Below, piece after piece: positions 1-12,600 of a stretch of DNA of 64,000 nt. Source of the DNA: Mytilus californianus (taxonomy: Eukaryota); assembly GCF_021869535.1 (NCBI RefSeq), contig NW_026262615.1:36208001-36272000 (forward strand), given 5' to 3'. The notes under the pieces are model-generated. The model did not search any database and was not told the origin of the DNA. It saw only the letters and a list, made by a program, of their open reading frames with translations. A program made the position numbers and the translations under genes. Each line of letters begins with the position of its first letter. Position 1 is the first letter of the stretch.

Positions 1-1130
1 ACAGTAATGGAGCTCTGTCATGAGCTACCTAGTGCAGGGCACCAGGGTATGTTTAGGACCATGGCTAAGGTTAAAACAAAGTATCAAAATGACCTCTGAC
101 ATAAGGACTTTTGTTGCAACATGTGCTGCCTGCAACAAGAATAAGAAACCCAACAGTTATAGGAGATGTCCTATGACCAAATACCATGATGGTTCCACTA
201 TGGAAAGGGTAAATTTAGACTTTAAGGCCCACTTCATAAGACCCAACATAGAAACGAGAATATCTAGATGTTGGTAGACCAATTTACAAAATGGACAGAG
301 TGTGTACCTTTTCCTTCACAAAAAGCAGAAGTTACAGCACAGGCGGCTGTCAACGATTTTTTCTCCAGATTTGGATATTCGTTTCAAATTTTCTCAGACC
401 AAGGTCGAAATTTCGAGAGTTCTCTGTTTGAGGCAGTTTGTGATCTCTTACAGATACATAAATTCAGGACTACACCATATAGACCTTCAGCTAATGGCCA
501 AGTAGAACGCCAGAACCGCAGCTTGATGAACATTTAGCTCAGTTAGCAGGGGCTTTACGATCTATATATAGCTAGTGCACAGGAGTACTGATTACACCCT
601 TAAACAAGTTAATGTGTGGCCGGGAGACAAATAAAAAAGCTGACTTGATGTTTTGTAAAACTGAGGAACCAAAGTACACTGGGACTGAGGAGTATATTAT
701 AGGCCTTTCAAAAGCTATTAAGAATGCTCATGAGATAGCAAGGAACACCTTGAAAACAAGCCAGGCTAAAATAAAAAAGGGTTATGACCTTCGAGTATTA
801 GAACGGCAATAAGCGGCCGGTGACCTCGTTTATGTTTTAGATACAGCTCAGATAAAGAGTAAGAGCAAGTAATTGAGCTCACGGTGGAAAGTGCCTGGTT
901 GATTATATGTAAAATTACTCTTTTTGTGTACAAAGTTAAGCTTCAAAGGGTGGTCTTCAACACAAATCGTGAAAGGTTGAAGCAATGCAAAGACAGGAAC
1001 ATTCCTGCATGTCTAAGAACCTGCCATGAACAGTTTACCCAAGGTATAGATGCCCTTGCCACAAAAACAAAAACTAGCACAAAACAATATTGTGTATGCA
1101 GGGGCCCAGACACCGGGGAAACAATGGTGC
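1..1130 (+). mobile_element. Decayed Ty3/Gypsy-type integrase (3' part of pol), frameshifted and with stops; ends in the start of a PHD-finger-like motif
   Basis: Frame 1 gives CHELPSAGHQG and, after a frameshift, CAAC (HHCC zinc module). ORF 268-537 holds the rve core (SDQGRNFES...RTTPYRPSANGQVERQNRSL). YDLRV...GDLVY...WKVP is a decayed GPY/F module with TAA stops at 810 and 868. C-terminal YCVCRGPDTGETMV. The 5' part runs off the window. Confidence 0.9.
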
Positions 1131-1132
1131 CA

Positions 1133-4100
1133 TATAGTCTAAAAGATCATTGAATTTTATGGCCATTAAAAAACCAGGAGGGTCCCACCGTCATCTAAGC
1201 GGTCTCCGGTAGATTTTCACTATATATTTTGAATATCAAACTGGCACTTTGAACCCTCCGTAAACATAGAGGAAAAAAAGTCCACCCGAATTCCTTTTGG
1301 GGTCATTTGCATCTTTATATTAACTAACTAATTTTATGAAGATTGAGAGATCAGGGGGGTCTAGCCATCGCCCTGTGCCCTTTTTCTTGAAATTTCGACG
1401 ATTTTTAGCTGAAAAGTGACAATGTAAGCCCTCTGTAGATATCAAAGATAACATTATTCTGGATAAATCCTTTTGATACGATCTGTATATATACATAGTC
1501 TAAAAGATCATTCAATTTTTTGGCCAATGAAAGACCATCGGAGTCCCACCGTCATTTAAGCGGTCTCCGGTAAATTTTCACTATATATTTTGAATATCAA
1601 ACTGCCACTTTGAGCCCTCCGTAAACATAGAAGAAAAGAAGTCTACCCAAACTCCTTTTGGAGTCATTTGTATCATGTATTAACTTACTATCTGTCTAAT
1701 TTTATGAAGATTTAGAGATCAGGGGGTCTAGCTATTACCCTTTGCCCTTTTACCTGAATTTTCGACGATTTTTTGCTGAAAAGTGACAATGTAAGCCCTC
1801 CGTAGATATCAATGATAACATTATTCTGGGAAATCCTTTTGATACGATCTGTATATATACATTGTCTAAAAGATCATTCAATTTTATGGCCATTTATAGA
1901 CCAGGGGGGTCTTACCGTCATTTAAGCGGACTCCGGTAGATTTTCACTATATATTTTGAATACCAAACTGGCACTTTGAACCCTCCGTAAATATAGAAGA
2001 CAAAAAGTCTACCCAAATTCCTTTTGGGGTCATTTGTATCTTTATATTAACTTACTATCTGCTTAATTTTATGAAGATTGAGAGATGACGAGGGGGGAGG
2101 GGGGGGGGGGATCGGCGGTTTAGCCATCGCCCTGTGCCCTTTTACCTGAATTTTCGACGATTTTTAGCTGAAAAGTGACAATGTAAGCCCTCCGTAGATA
2201 TCAAAGATAACATTATTCTGGAAAATCCTTTTGATACGATCTGTATATATACATAGTCTGAAAGATCATTCAATTTTTGGCCAATGAAAGACCATCGGGG
2301 TCCCACCGTCATTTAAGCGGTCTCCGGTAGATGTTCACTATATATTTTGAATATTAAAACTGGCACTTTGAGCCCTCCGTAAACATAGAAGACAAGAAGT
2401 CTACCCAAATTCCTTTTGGAGTCATTTGTTTCTTTTATTAACTTACTATCTGCCTAATTTTATGAAGATTGAGAGATCAGGGGGGTCTAGCCATCGCCCT
2501 GTGCCCTTTTACCTGAATTTTCGACGATTTTTAGCTGAAAAGTGACAATGTAAGCCCTCCGTAGATATCAAAGATAACATTATTCTGGGAAATCTTTTTG
2601 ATGCAATCTGTATATATACATAGTCTAAAGGATCATTCAATTTTATGGCCATTTATAGACTAGGGGGGTCCCACCGTCATTTAAGCGGTCTCCGGTAGAT
2701 TTTCACTATATATTTTGAATATCAAACTGGCACTTTGAGCCCTCCGTAAACATAGAAGAAAAAGAAGTCTACCCAAATTCCTTTTGGGGTCATTTGTATC
2801 TTTATATTAAATAACTATCTGCCTAATTTTATGAAGATTGAGAGATCAGGGGGGTCTAGCCATCGCCCTGTGCCCTTTTACCTGAATTTTCGACGATTGT
2901 TAGCTGAAAAGTGACAATGTAAGCCCTCCGTAGATATCAAAGATAACATAATTCTGAAAAATCCTTTTGATACAATCTGTATATATACATAGTCTAAAAG
3001 ATCATTCAATTTTTTGGCCAATGAAAGACCATCGGGATCCCACCGTCATTTAAGCGGTCTCCGGTAGATTTTCACTATATATTTTGAATATCAAACTGCC
3101 ACTTTGAGCCCTCCATAAACATAGAAGACAAGAAGTCTACCCAAATCCTTTTGATACGGTCTGTATATATACATAGTCTAAAAGATCATTCAATTTTTTG
3201 GCCATTGAAAGACCAGCGGGGTCCCACCGTCATTTAAGCGGTCTCCGGTAGATTTTCACTATATATTTTGAATATCAAACTGGCACTTTGAGCCCTTCGT
3301 AAACATAGAAGAAAAAGAAGTCTACCCAAATTCCTTTTGGAGTCATTTGTATCTTTATATTAACTAACTATCTGCCTAATTTTATGAAGATTGAGAGATC
3401 AGGGGTGTCTAGCCATCGCCCTGTGCCCTTTTACCTGAATTTTCGACGATTGTTAGCTGAAAAGTGACAATGTAAGCCCTCCGTAGATATCAAAGATAAC
3501 ATTATTCTGGGAAATCCTTTTGATACGATCTGTATATATACATAGTCTAAAAGATCATTCAATTTTGTGGGCATTTAAAGACTAGGGGGGTCCCACCGTC
3601 ATTTAAGCGGTCTCCGGTAGATTTTCACTATATATTTTGAATATCAAACTGGCACTTTGAACCCTCCGTAAATATAGAAGACAAGAAGTCTACCCAAATT
3701 CCTTTTGGGGTCATTTGTATCTTTATATTATCTAACTATCTGCTTAATTTTATGAAGACTGAGAGATCAAGGGGGATCTAGCCATCGCCATGTGCCCTTT
3801 TACCTGAATTTTCGACGATTTTTAGCTGAAAAGTGACAATGTAAGCCCTCCGTAGATATCAAAGATAACATAATTCTGAAAAATCCTTTTGATACAATCT
3901 GTATATATACATAGTTTAAAAGATCATTAAATTTTTTGGCCAATGAAAGACCATCGGGATCCCACCGTCATTTAAGCGGTCTCCGGTAAATTTTCACTAT
4001 ATATTTTGAATATCAAACTGCCACTTTGAGCCCTCCGTAAACATAGAAGACAAGAAGTCTACCCAAATTCCTTTTGGAGTCATTTGTATCTTGTATAAAC

Positions 4101-4943
4101 TTACTATCTGCCTAATTTTATGAAGATTGAGAGATCAGGGGGGTCTAGCCATCGCCCTGTGCCCTTTTACCTGAATTTTCGACGATTTCTAGCTGAAAAG
4201 TGACAATGTAAGCCCTCCGTAGATATCAAAGATAACATTATTCTGGGAAATCCTTTTGATACGATCTGTATATATACATAGTCTAAAAGATCATTCAATT
4301 TCTTTGGCCATTGAAAGACCAGCGGGGTCCCACCGTCATTTAAGCGGTCTCCGGTAGATTTTCACTATATATTTTGAATATCAAACTGGCACTTTGCGCC
4401 CTCCGTAAACATAGAAGAAAAAGAAGTCTACCCACATTCCTTTTGGGGTCATTTGTATTTTTATATTAACTAACTATCTGCCTAGTTTTATGAAGATTGA
4501 GAGATCAGGGGGATCTAGCCATCGCCCTGTGCCTTTTTACTTGAATTTTCGACGATTTTTAGCTGAAAAGTGACAATGTAAACCCTCAGTAGATATCAAA
4601 GATAACATTATTCTATGAAATCCTTTTGATACAATCTGTATATATACATAGTCTAAAAGATGATTCAATTTTATGGCCATTGAGAGACCAGGGGGGTCCC
4701 ACCGTCATTTTAGCGGTCTCCGGTAGATTTTCACTATATATTTTGAATATTAAACTGGCACTTTGAACCCTCCGTAATAATAAAAGACAAGAAGTCTACC
4801 CAAAATCCTTTTGGGGTCATTTGTATCTTTATATTAACTAACTATCTGCTTAATTTTATGAAGATTGGGAGATCAGGGGGGTTTAGCCATCGCCCTGTGC
4901 CCTTTTATCTGAATTTTCGACGATTTTTAGCTGAAAAGTGACC
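1133..4943. repeat. Satellite array, monomer ~361-370 bp: 9 full copies, one 184-bp half copy and one partial copy
   Basis: The anchor aaaagatca(tt), or a one-base variant, recurs at 1141, 1502, 1868, 2260, 2627, 2996, 3180, 3549, 3918, 4285 and 4655. Copy 3 (392 bp) has an expanded G tract at ~2093-2110. Confidence 0.97.
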
Positions 4944-6394
4944 ATCTCTTTATTTGGCTTTCCATAATTATTTCTATTTCTATTTTTAACTAATGTTACT
5001 AACTAAAAGTGATCGTTTGTTTTTGTTTCTAGAAATATCAAGTATAAAAGTACATCTTTGATTGCATTTTATTGAAAAAATCTATATTTCATAAAGACAA
5101 TGGGCAATTTACATAAGAGTTTATGAGAACAACGGGAATTTAAGACAGCTTGAAGGGGTCATAAAACGATTTCCTAGATATCTTTTTACTCCTTTTATCT
5201 ATGACTATCATGTTTTAAATGTTATCGAATATTTAGATTTTTATTATTTTCAAAAAAAAGTAAGAAATTTGAATATCAAAACGACTGCTAGCAGCCGGTT
5301 GGATATTGAATATCGAATAACGAATAACGAACCGGCTGCTAACTTCACATCCATGTCGAATGGTGTTCTCGACATGTCCTATATTTTTTTTAAAACTTGA
5401 AATATATTTATTGAAAATCACCTGATTATAATTTACCTTGTATAACCCAGGGTAGTATATACAAGGGGCCCTGTTTTTACAATGATTGATCGTCCAGGGA
5501 TAAATATACATTAAAAGACACACTACAATCTACACATTGCCGTTACTTAAAATTGACATTTAAATTTGTACTTTTAACACCTGGATTACATTGTAATGTG
5601 TGGGTTAGTGATTTTGATAGTTCACATGCTCGACGCTGTTTATTCATGTGTTCTATATTTCTGTGAGTGGATGTATAATAATCCAAATAGGAAAAGAAAG
5701 TAAGTACAAAATTGATAAGTCACTTATTAATGTATAAGGTTTGCTAGAAGTTTAATTTCAGCTACATATTTGTCTTTTATTTTGCAGATAATGATATATA
5801 TCCATAGATTCAATTAAACTACGCAGTTCCCGTTTTGCATAAGATATCAATTGGCTGGAAGTAAAACTTTTAGACTGATACTTGATTATATTCCTACATT
5901 TCCAAATAATCCATTTAATAACTCTATTCATAAGTGTGTTGGTGATGACATTTTTTTTTATTGTAAACGTACAATCCTAGTATGATAAGTTTCTCCTTCA
6001 TTGGAATATCTGCTGTATTATTCAGCACATTATACTTTTAAAACGCATCAAACATATGTTCCCAAACAATCTTTACAATGACCTATATATTCGACATGTT
6101 ACGATGAAAAATTGAGAGGTTGTTGAAAAACGTTTGATGTTAATATTAAACCTTACTACAATGTATTCTACATTAAAAAAAAACTGTCTAAATGTGTATA
6201 TTGACTCATCGTTGGACTTTGTAAATACAGTTGTTTCAAAAACCACGCTTCTTTCGGGGAGAAATTTAATATTCATAGAAATTTTGTTTTGTTATCTACT
6301 AGTTCCAAAATAAAATATATATGCTTCATCTCGTAGAGACATAAATCGAGAATGTTGCCAGTATAAATACACATGGATAGCGGCCAAATTTAAT

Positions 6395-6618
6395 ATACCA
6401 CTTTCGAGTTATGTCCTTCACCGGAAAGGTTCGTCAATTATGCGCGCCTTTATAATGTATTTTCCAGATAGAAGAGATCGCCTGCATCCCTGTATTCTAA
6501 GGTTTATCAAGCGTCTTCGTGATCGTCACTATGCAGGATAAACTAAAAATAATGTTTGTTCCGTAGGTACTTAATCACATTTCCCAAAAGACAGCAGTGC
6601 TGATTATCAATTATAAGA
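6395..6618 (+). repeat. Dispersed ~220-bp repeat; inverted homolog at 36087-36312
   Basis: ccactttcgagttatgtccttcaccggaaa...gtacttaatc is the diverged reverse complement of 36087-36312. Confidence 0.8.
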
Positions 6619-9600
6619 ATTTAATTTGCCGAATAACTGGTGCAATACAGCATTTTATTTTTGTAACCACTTGCTCAACATGGAAAGGAAATGACAATGT
6701 CCTTAAACGCACGAATGATGTTCACTTAAACCAACGTGTTTGGCGGAAATGTAACAAACTCTAAAGTTGAAGGCAGGGTTAGTACAGAATTTCAGTATAA
6801 GTATTAACTCTTTAAAGTTGAGGCATATAAATGTTAATACTATTCTGCACAGCCATATGTCTTGACCTTTGAAAGTAGAACATATACACTTTCCGTTCTA
6901 AGATATAATTTTTTACGAAACTGTTTAGTAAAAGTGGCACAGTTTCAGCCGTAAGGAGTTCCTATGAGAAATTACATTGTCTATATTTACAGAAGTGAAA
7001 CCTTAACGTTCAGTGGCAAATATTCCACACATAGTAGGGCGAAGAAACCCAGAAAAACGCACCGAACACATTTTTAAAGTTTTATTTAAATTTTAAATAT
7101 GATTTACCTAATTAGTATAAATTCTTTCAATTGCTGTTTCCCAACGATTATAAACTACCTCCACAGGAATCCTTTTTCATAGAATTTTCGCTTCTATGAC
7201 TCACATACAGAAACCTTAGATTAAAACTACCTCATCATGAGAAATGTAAGTCAATCTTTACTATCTGAATATATTGATGTATATGTTCTTTGTGAAATTC
7301 TAAAATTGACTGACTTGTGGTTTCGGTTGGATAATGTGTTATGTCTTATCGTTTCTGGTTAAAAGTCTGTACTTTCAGTACATTTCACATATGTCTTATT
7401 TGTCAGGATAGTCGAGTTATAATTTCCATTTTCCATGGATAAAGTATTGTGGTAGTCCAAATAAATATCACGTCGTCACAGGATTTATTCAAAATAGCCT
7501 TCAATACCGTCATTATCATGATAATTGTTTGGACTAGTATTGTGAAATAACTGTGTGACTTTCAAGATTACATATTCGTTATAAAGATACGTCACTGTTT
7601 GTGATGTTCTCTGCTCTCTGTTGTCAATGGAAGATGTTCGTTGTTATTCTGCGATTTACATTTGGAAACGACAGTTATGATATTTGTTTGTGTGCGTTTC
7701 TCTGTAATGATTCTTCTTGCATTTGTTTGTGCTGTATTTCTGTCACGTAGTGTTGTCATTATTTTGTTACATTGTCATATAAGCAGGAGTTTTGGCTAGC
7801 AATAAAACCAGGTTCAATCAACCATTGTTTCTTAAAATGTCCTGTACCAAGTTAGGAATATGGCAGTTCTTATCAAATAGTGTCTATGTTTGTTAGCGTT
7901 TGTTTTTGTCGCATTTCAGTGTTTCTGTTGTTCCTTTGCTTTCCTCTTACAGTTGATGCGTTTCCCTCGGTCTTAGTTTTTAACCCGGATTTGTTTTCTT
8001 TGAACCTATTTGTGTCTTTTGAACAAGAAGACGCCATCCTTGCAGACATAGTACCATATAATCCTGTCAAATCCAATGCCCTGCTCATTTTTCTTGTTGT
8101 TAATTGTTTCTAATGTATCATGTCCACCAAAAACTGTATGTTCAGTAAGTAATTTCTTACAAGCAACTGTTTGAATGAATTTTATTCTCAATGTTGATGG
8201 CTGCTTAAATGTCCGAGAAAATTAATGATCACGTTATTTTATACATAGCTAAATGCCTTTGTCAACCAATGCATATGAGTGAATATATATTATTTCTTCA
8301 AGTGTCAAGACCATGAACTTATTGGACATGTTTGGGCAGTGTCGTTGAAGAATTAGGATTCGAAAAAAAACATAATTTTATACACCAGGTGTATGTGTAT
8401 TGTATGTGAAACGAAGAATTACAAGCAATAACTATACAAAACAATCTTGTAATAGAGAGTTGTTTATTCAAATTAAAACACATTCACAGTTCACTATTTC
8501 AAGACACTATTTTGATATGCATACAAAACATGTTTAATCTATCTAATTATATATACGTTGATAACCTATGTCATAATCCTTTACTACACTACCCAGGTGA
8601 CGATAGGTAATCTAAAAAATAAACCTCCCAGCTGAATTCAGACGCAATTTGAAATTGTAAGTATTTATTAAAAATGTATTCTTCTGCACAACTGTGGTTG
8701 CATCTGCTGATTTAATGTATATACTTATATCTAGTAAGTTATTTATTATAATTTCACTGTCGATTAAAGGACAAAATATTTAATAAGTCAAAATAGTCGA
8801 ATATGTAAACATTGTAAGTAGCATCATGAAATGTAGGGCTGCAGTAAATGGAACAGTAGTATAACCATGCAAATTATTGTGTGTGATTGATGTTGTTTGT
8901 ATATTGACATAGAAGTGTTATCATTTTTCAGCAAAATGTTAAGTTTTTCATAATTAAACCAGAAAAAGACATGGTAATACACCGATTCATTTTGCTATAC
9001 AAAAACAGTGATAAGGTATCAATTTTGACAGAAAATAGACGTAATTAAGGTTCTATTTCAAATACAGACTACAAAACATCTTTTGAAAGTGTTACTGCGT
9101 CTTGAACATTTGAGATAATGGTATTTTTCCTGTGTTATCAAAACTAATTGCTTATAATTTGTCCCTCGGATATGCGAAGCTTACATCTAACATAACATAA
9201 CATGTTTAAACAATAGGACGATCTTTCTTACGAGAATGTCTGATCATAATAATGAAACACGATACTGTACACGATGAATAAATTAAGCATACGCCTTATA
9301 TATATCATTGTATTCATGTCCATAAAGTCTTGTGAATGCATACACATAAAATTAGGAGATATGGTATGATTATCAAAGACAATTATCCACCAAATGATAT
9401 ACATTATATGGATCAAAAGTAAGCAATAACAGGCCCGACTAAACCAGATTTGACGCTTTTGTTTTAACTAAAACGAAGAAATTAGTAATTATATTTCTGC
9501 ACGAAATTTTCATATTTAAAGCGAAATGACAAATTAAAGAATAATGCTAGCTACTTTTCATTCCTGTTTATAATTATCTGTGTGAAATCATAGAAATAAA

Positions 9601-9688
9601 GGAACAAGATGTATTCAATCGGTGTTTTAATTTATTTTGACAGATACAAAACTAGAACTTAAAAATGTAAACTGTATAAGTTACCACA

Positions 9689-12600
9689 ATGGACAACAGC
9701 TTAATAAGATGTGAAAGGGTGACAAAAGAGGATTATGAGAAAGTGATGGCTATTTTACCCCCATCTGAGATATATAATGGCGGTGACTATCTTCCTGATT
9801 ATTTCCATCTGCTAATTGATATGCCAAACAACGAGATGTATGCTGCTGTCATTGGAGATAAATTTGTATGATTACATTTTATTTAAGCTTTGTCAAAACT
9901 AGTGTTTATTCCTCTATTTATTCAATCATAAACAATGCATGATTTAGAATAAAAGGCTTGCGATAAAGAGAAACAAAAAAGAATCATTGCAACAACAAAA
10001 ATACGAAACACGACTTAAAGACAAACAACAATTTACAAAACACTTCATCAAAAACTAAAATCTGAGCATCAATAATCCAACCAAAAAAACTGGGTTATCT
10101 AGGGTTCTCGGAAGGATAAGGAGATCCTCCGCCATACTCATTTAAGATATGCATTCTACATTTCTCTGTTAGCTGCAACTGGTTTGTGACTTAATGACAA
10201 ATATGTGTAATTTCAGAACTTATCAGGATTGGAACACATGCGGATAAGGTATATTGTTCAAGCCAGATTTGTTCAACGAATCTTAATAAGAGTTGCTTGA
10301 CGGGCGTCACTGGTGGAACCAAAACTGCTGACTCATCGACAATGGACCGGACCATTGTTTGTATGGGGGTCGTGTGGCTTATCTTTCGTTCTTTGCTTAA
10401 TGGTTGATTTTTGTTTGTCAAATACTCGATTTGTTTGTAAGCATCATGGAAAAATGTATCTTTTGCTTGATAGTTTTTGATTGAGCTTCTTTAGTATTTT
10501 TGTCAATTGCTTGTTTTTTAAATAGATATGAAAAAAGTCGATTTAGGAGCCTGAGATTATAATGTTTATGATAGTAAATAATTATTTCATACTTTAGGTA
10601 GGATTTGCTTTAAAGACAACTATAGATGATGGTAGAAGTGTAGTTACTAGGGCAGTGAGAGTCTCCAAAGAATATGCTGGTAAAGGAATAGCTGGAATAA
10701 TGTCAAAATGGATGGATATAGGAGGACCTCTTTACCGACCGGAAGTAATATGGCATAAATTTTCAGGAAATAGAACTCATTCACCATTACTTCAACTGAC
10801 TGACAAAGGAATATTCAACAAAACATCAGAACAAGTTAGTTTATCAAGTCAGACCAAAAAGAAATTTATATGCTTGTTTCCTACCTCCAATCTTACAAAA
10901 TGGGATAGGTAGGGAAATCATTTTGTGTATTATGCTTATGAACTTGACAATACATCCAATTGAAATGTGCTATTAAAAAAAGGCGAAAATTATAAGAGGG
11001 ACATTCAAACCCATAAGTTGAAAATAAACTGTCAACGCGATGGCTAAAGAGAAAAAAGACCAACAGACACACAATAGTACACAAAACACAACATAGAAAA
11101 CTAAAGACTGAGCAACACAAACCCCACTAAAACTGGGGGGTGATCTGAGGTGCTCCTGAAGGTTAGGTAGATCCTGCTCCACATAGGGCACTCGTCGTGC
11201 TGCTCATGTTAGTACAAACACGTGAATAAGTATAATTTGGTAGGTTACATTTGGAAAAAGGGGACAAAATTGTATTGACATACTATAATAGTCAACCAAC
11301 TCGTGATTACGTCTGTAAACTTTACGAAGGAATGATTTTAATTTCACCACTTGAAACTCTTAGTCACATTCGGGAAAGGTCGGACGGGATTGTAGTTACG
11401 ACATAAGGAACATGTCCGCTATCATCTGTGAAACGGATATTCCATAACTGTCAACCAACTTCAGTAAAACGTATAAAGGGATGATTTCATTTTCACCACT
11501 TGGAACTCTTGGTTAAATAGCTTCCTTGTGAGCATCAATCCTCTATCATAATAGGAAACACAAACCTAAGGAAACTGTGAATTCAAATTTTGCTGATTTT
11601 GCCGGTGGAGCGATAGTACGCTCCGTTCAATGACTAGTTTAATTTGCTCAAAAATATCTTATGAAATAAGTGCGCCGTACAATTGACATTTGAGACGACC
11701 CCTTGCATATTACCTCACAGATTCGGACAACTTTTCCGCAAATTTCTGCAAATTCACTAAATATTATTCTGAGACATGAAACAAGCATATATTTCTTTCG
11801 GTCCGTATTTCTAATCTTGACACATTACTGATATTAAACATGGAAGAGAGTTTTGCTTTCAAAAGTCAAATGCTTTACAGGAAATGAAGACTTGTCCATA
11901 GCACGTGACTATAGGTGTGTGCTGGTTCTTCTGATATATTTCGGTTATTCCTTTTTATCTATCATTTGCCAAATTTGTTTCGATGGTGCTGTGAGGTTTT
12001 GGTTCGATGATTCTGTGAGGTTTTAGTAAATATTTTGTTGGTCTTTTTTCCGTTTTATTTTGTTAATAGTGTTGTCTTTTTCGACTTAATCTAATTTTGG
12101 ATGTTACACGTAATCTCATTGGCTGAAATTATTTTGTCTATCGGCAGCTCATAGACCTGATTTTTCCATGTAACCGTGACGTCATCAACGTTTTTCTATG
12201 ATTTACTCCTTAAAAATGGAACTTACAATTAAATTATCAGGATTGACTATAATATTTTTCTGTCTGTGGTGCACATTTTTACTTAACCAGCGTTCAGTGT
12301 GCACCACATTTTTTATGTTATTTCCTCATAGACTTTCCTTAAATATAATTTTAATTACTCAAAAAGCCATGTACACTCGGTGATATACTTTATAGTAGGT
12401 TCTTTTGTCGATGACCTTAATTGCATGGTTCGTTGACCAAATTCAATTTTGCGGGACTAGTGTAAAAATAAGTAGATGTGGTATGATTGCAAATGAGAAA
12501 ACTATCCATCAGTTCATAACTAGTGGACTAGCTAGGTATTTCTTTAGTTACTGGAATGTATGGAACTGTATACGGTCTATATATTGACTATTTTTAGTAA

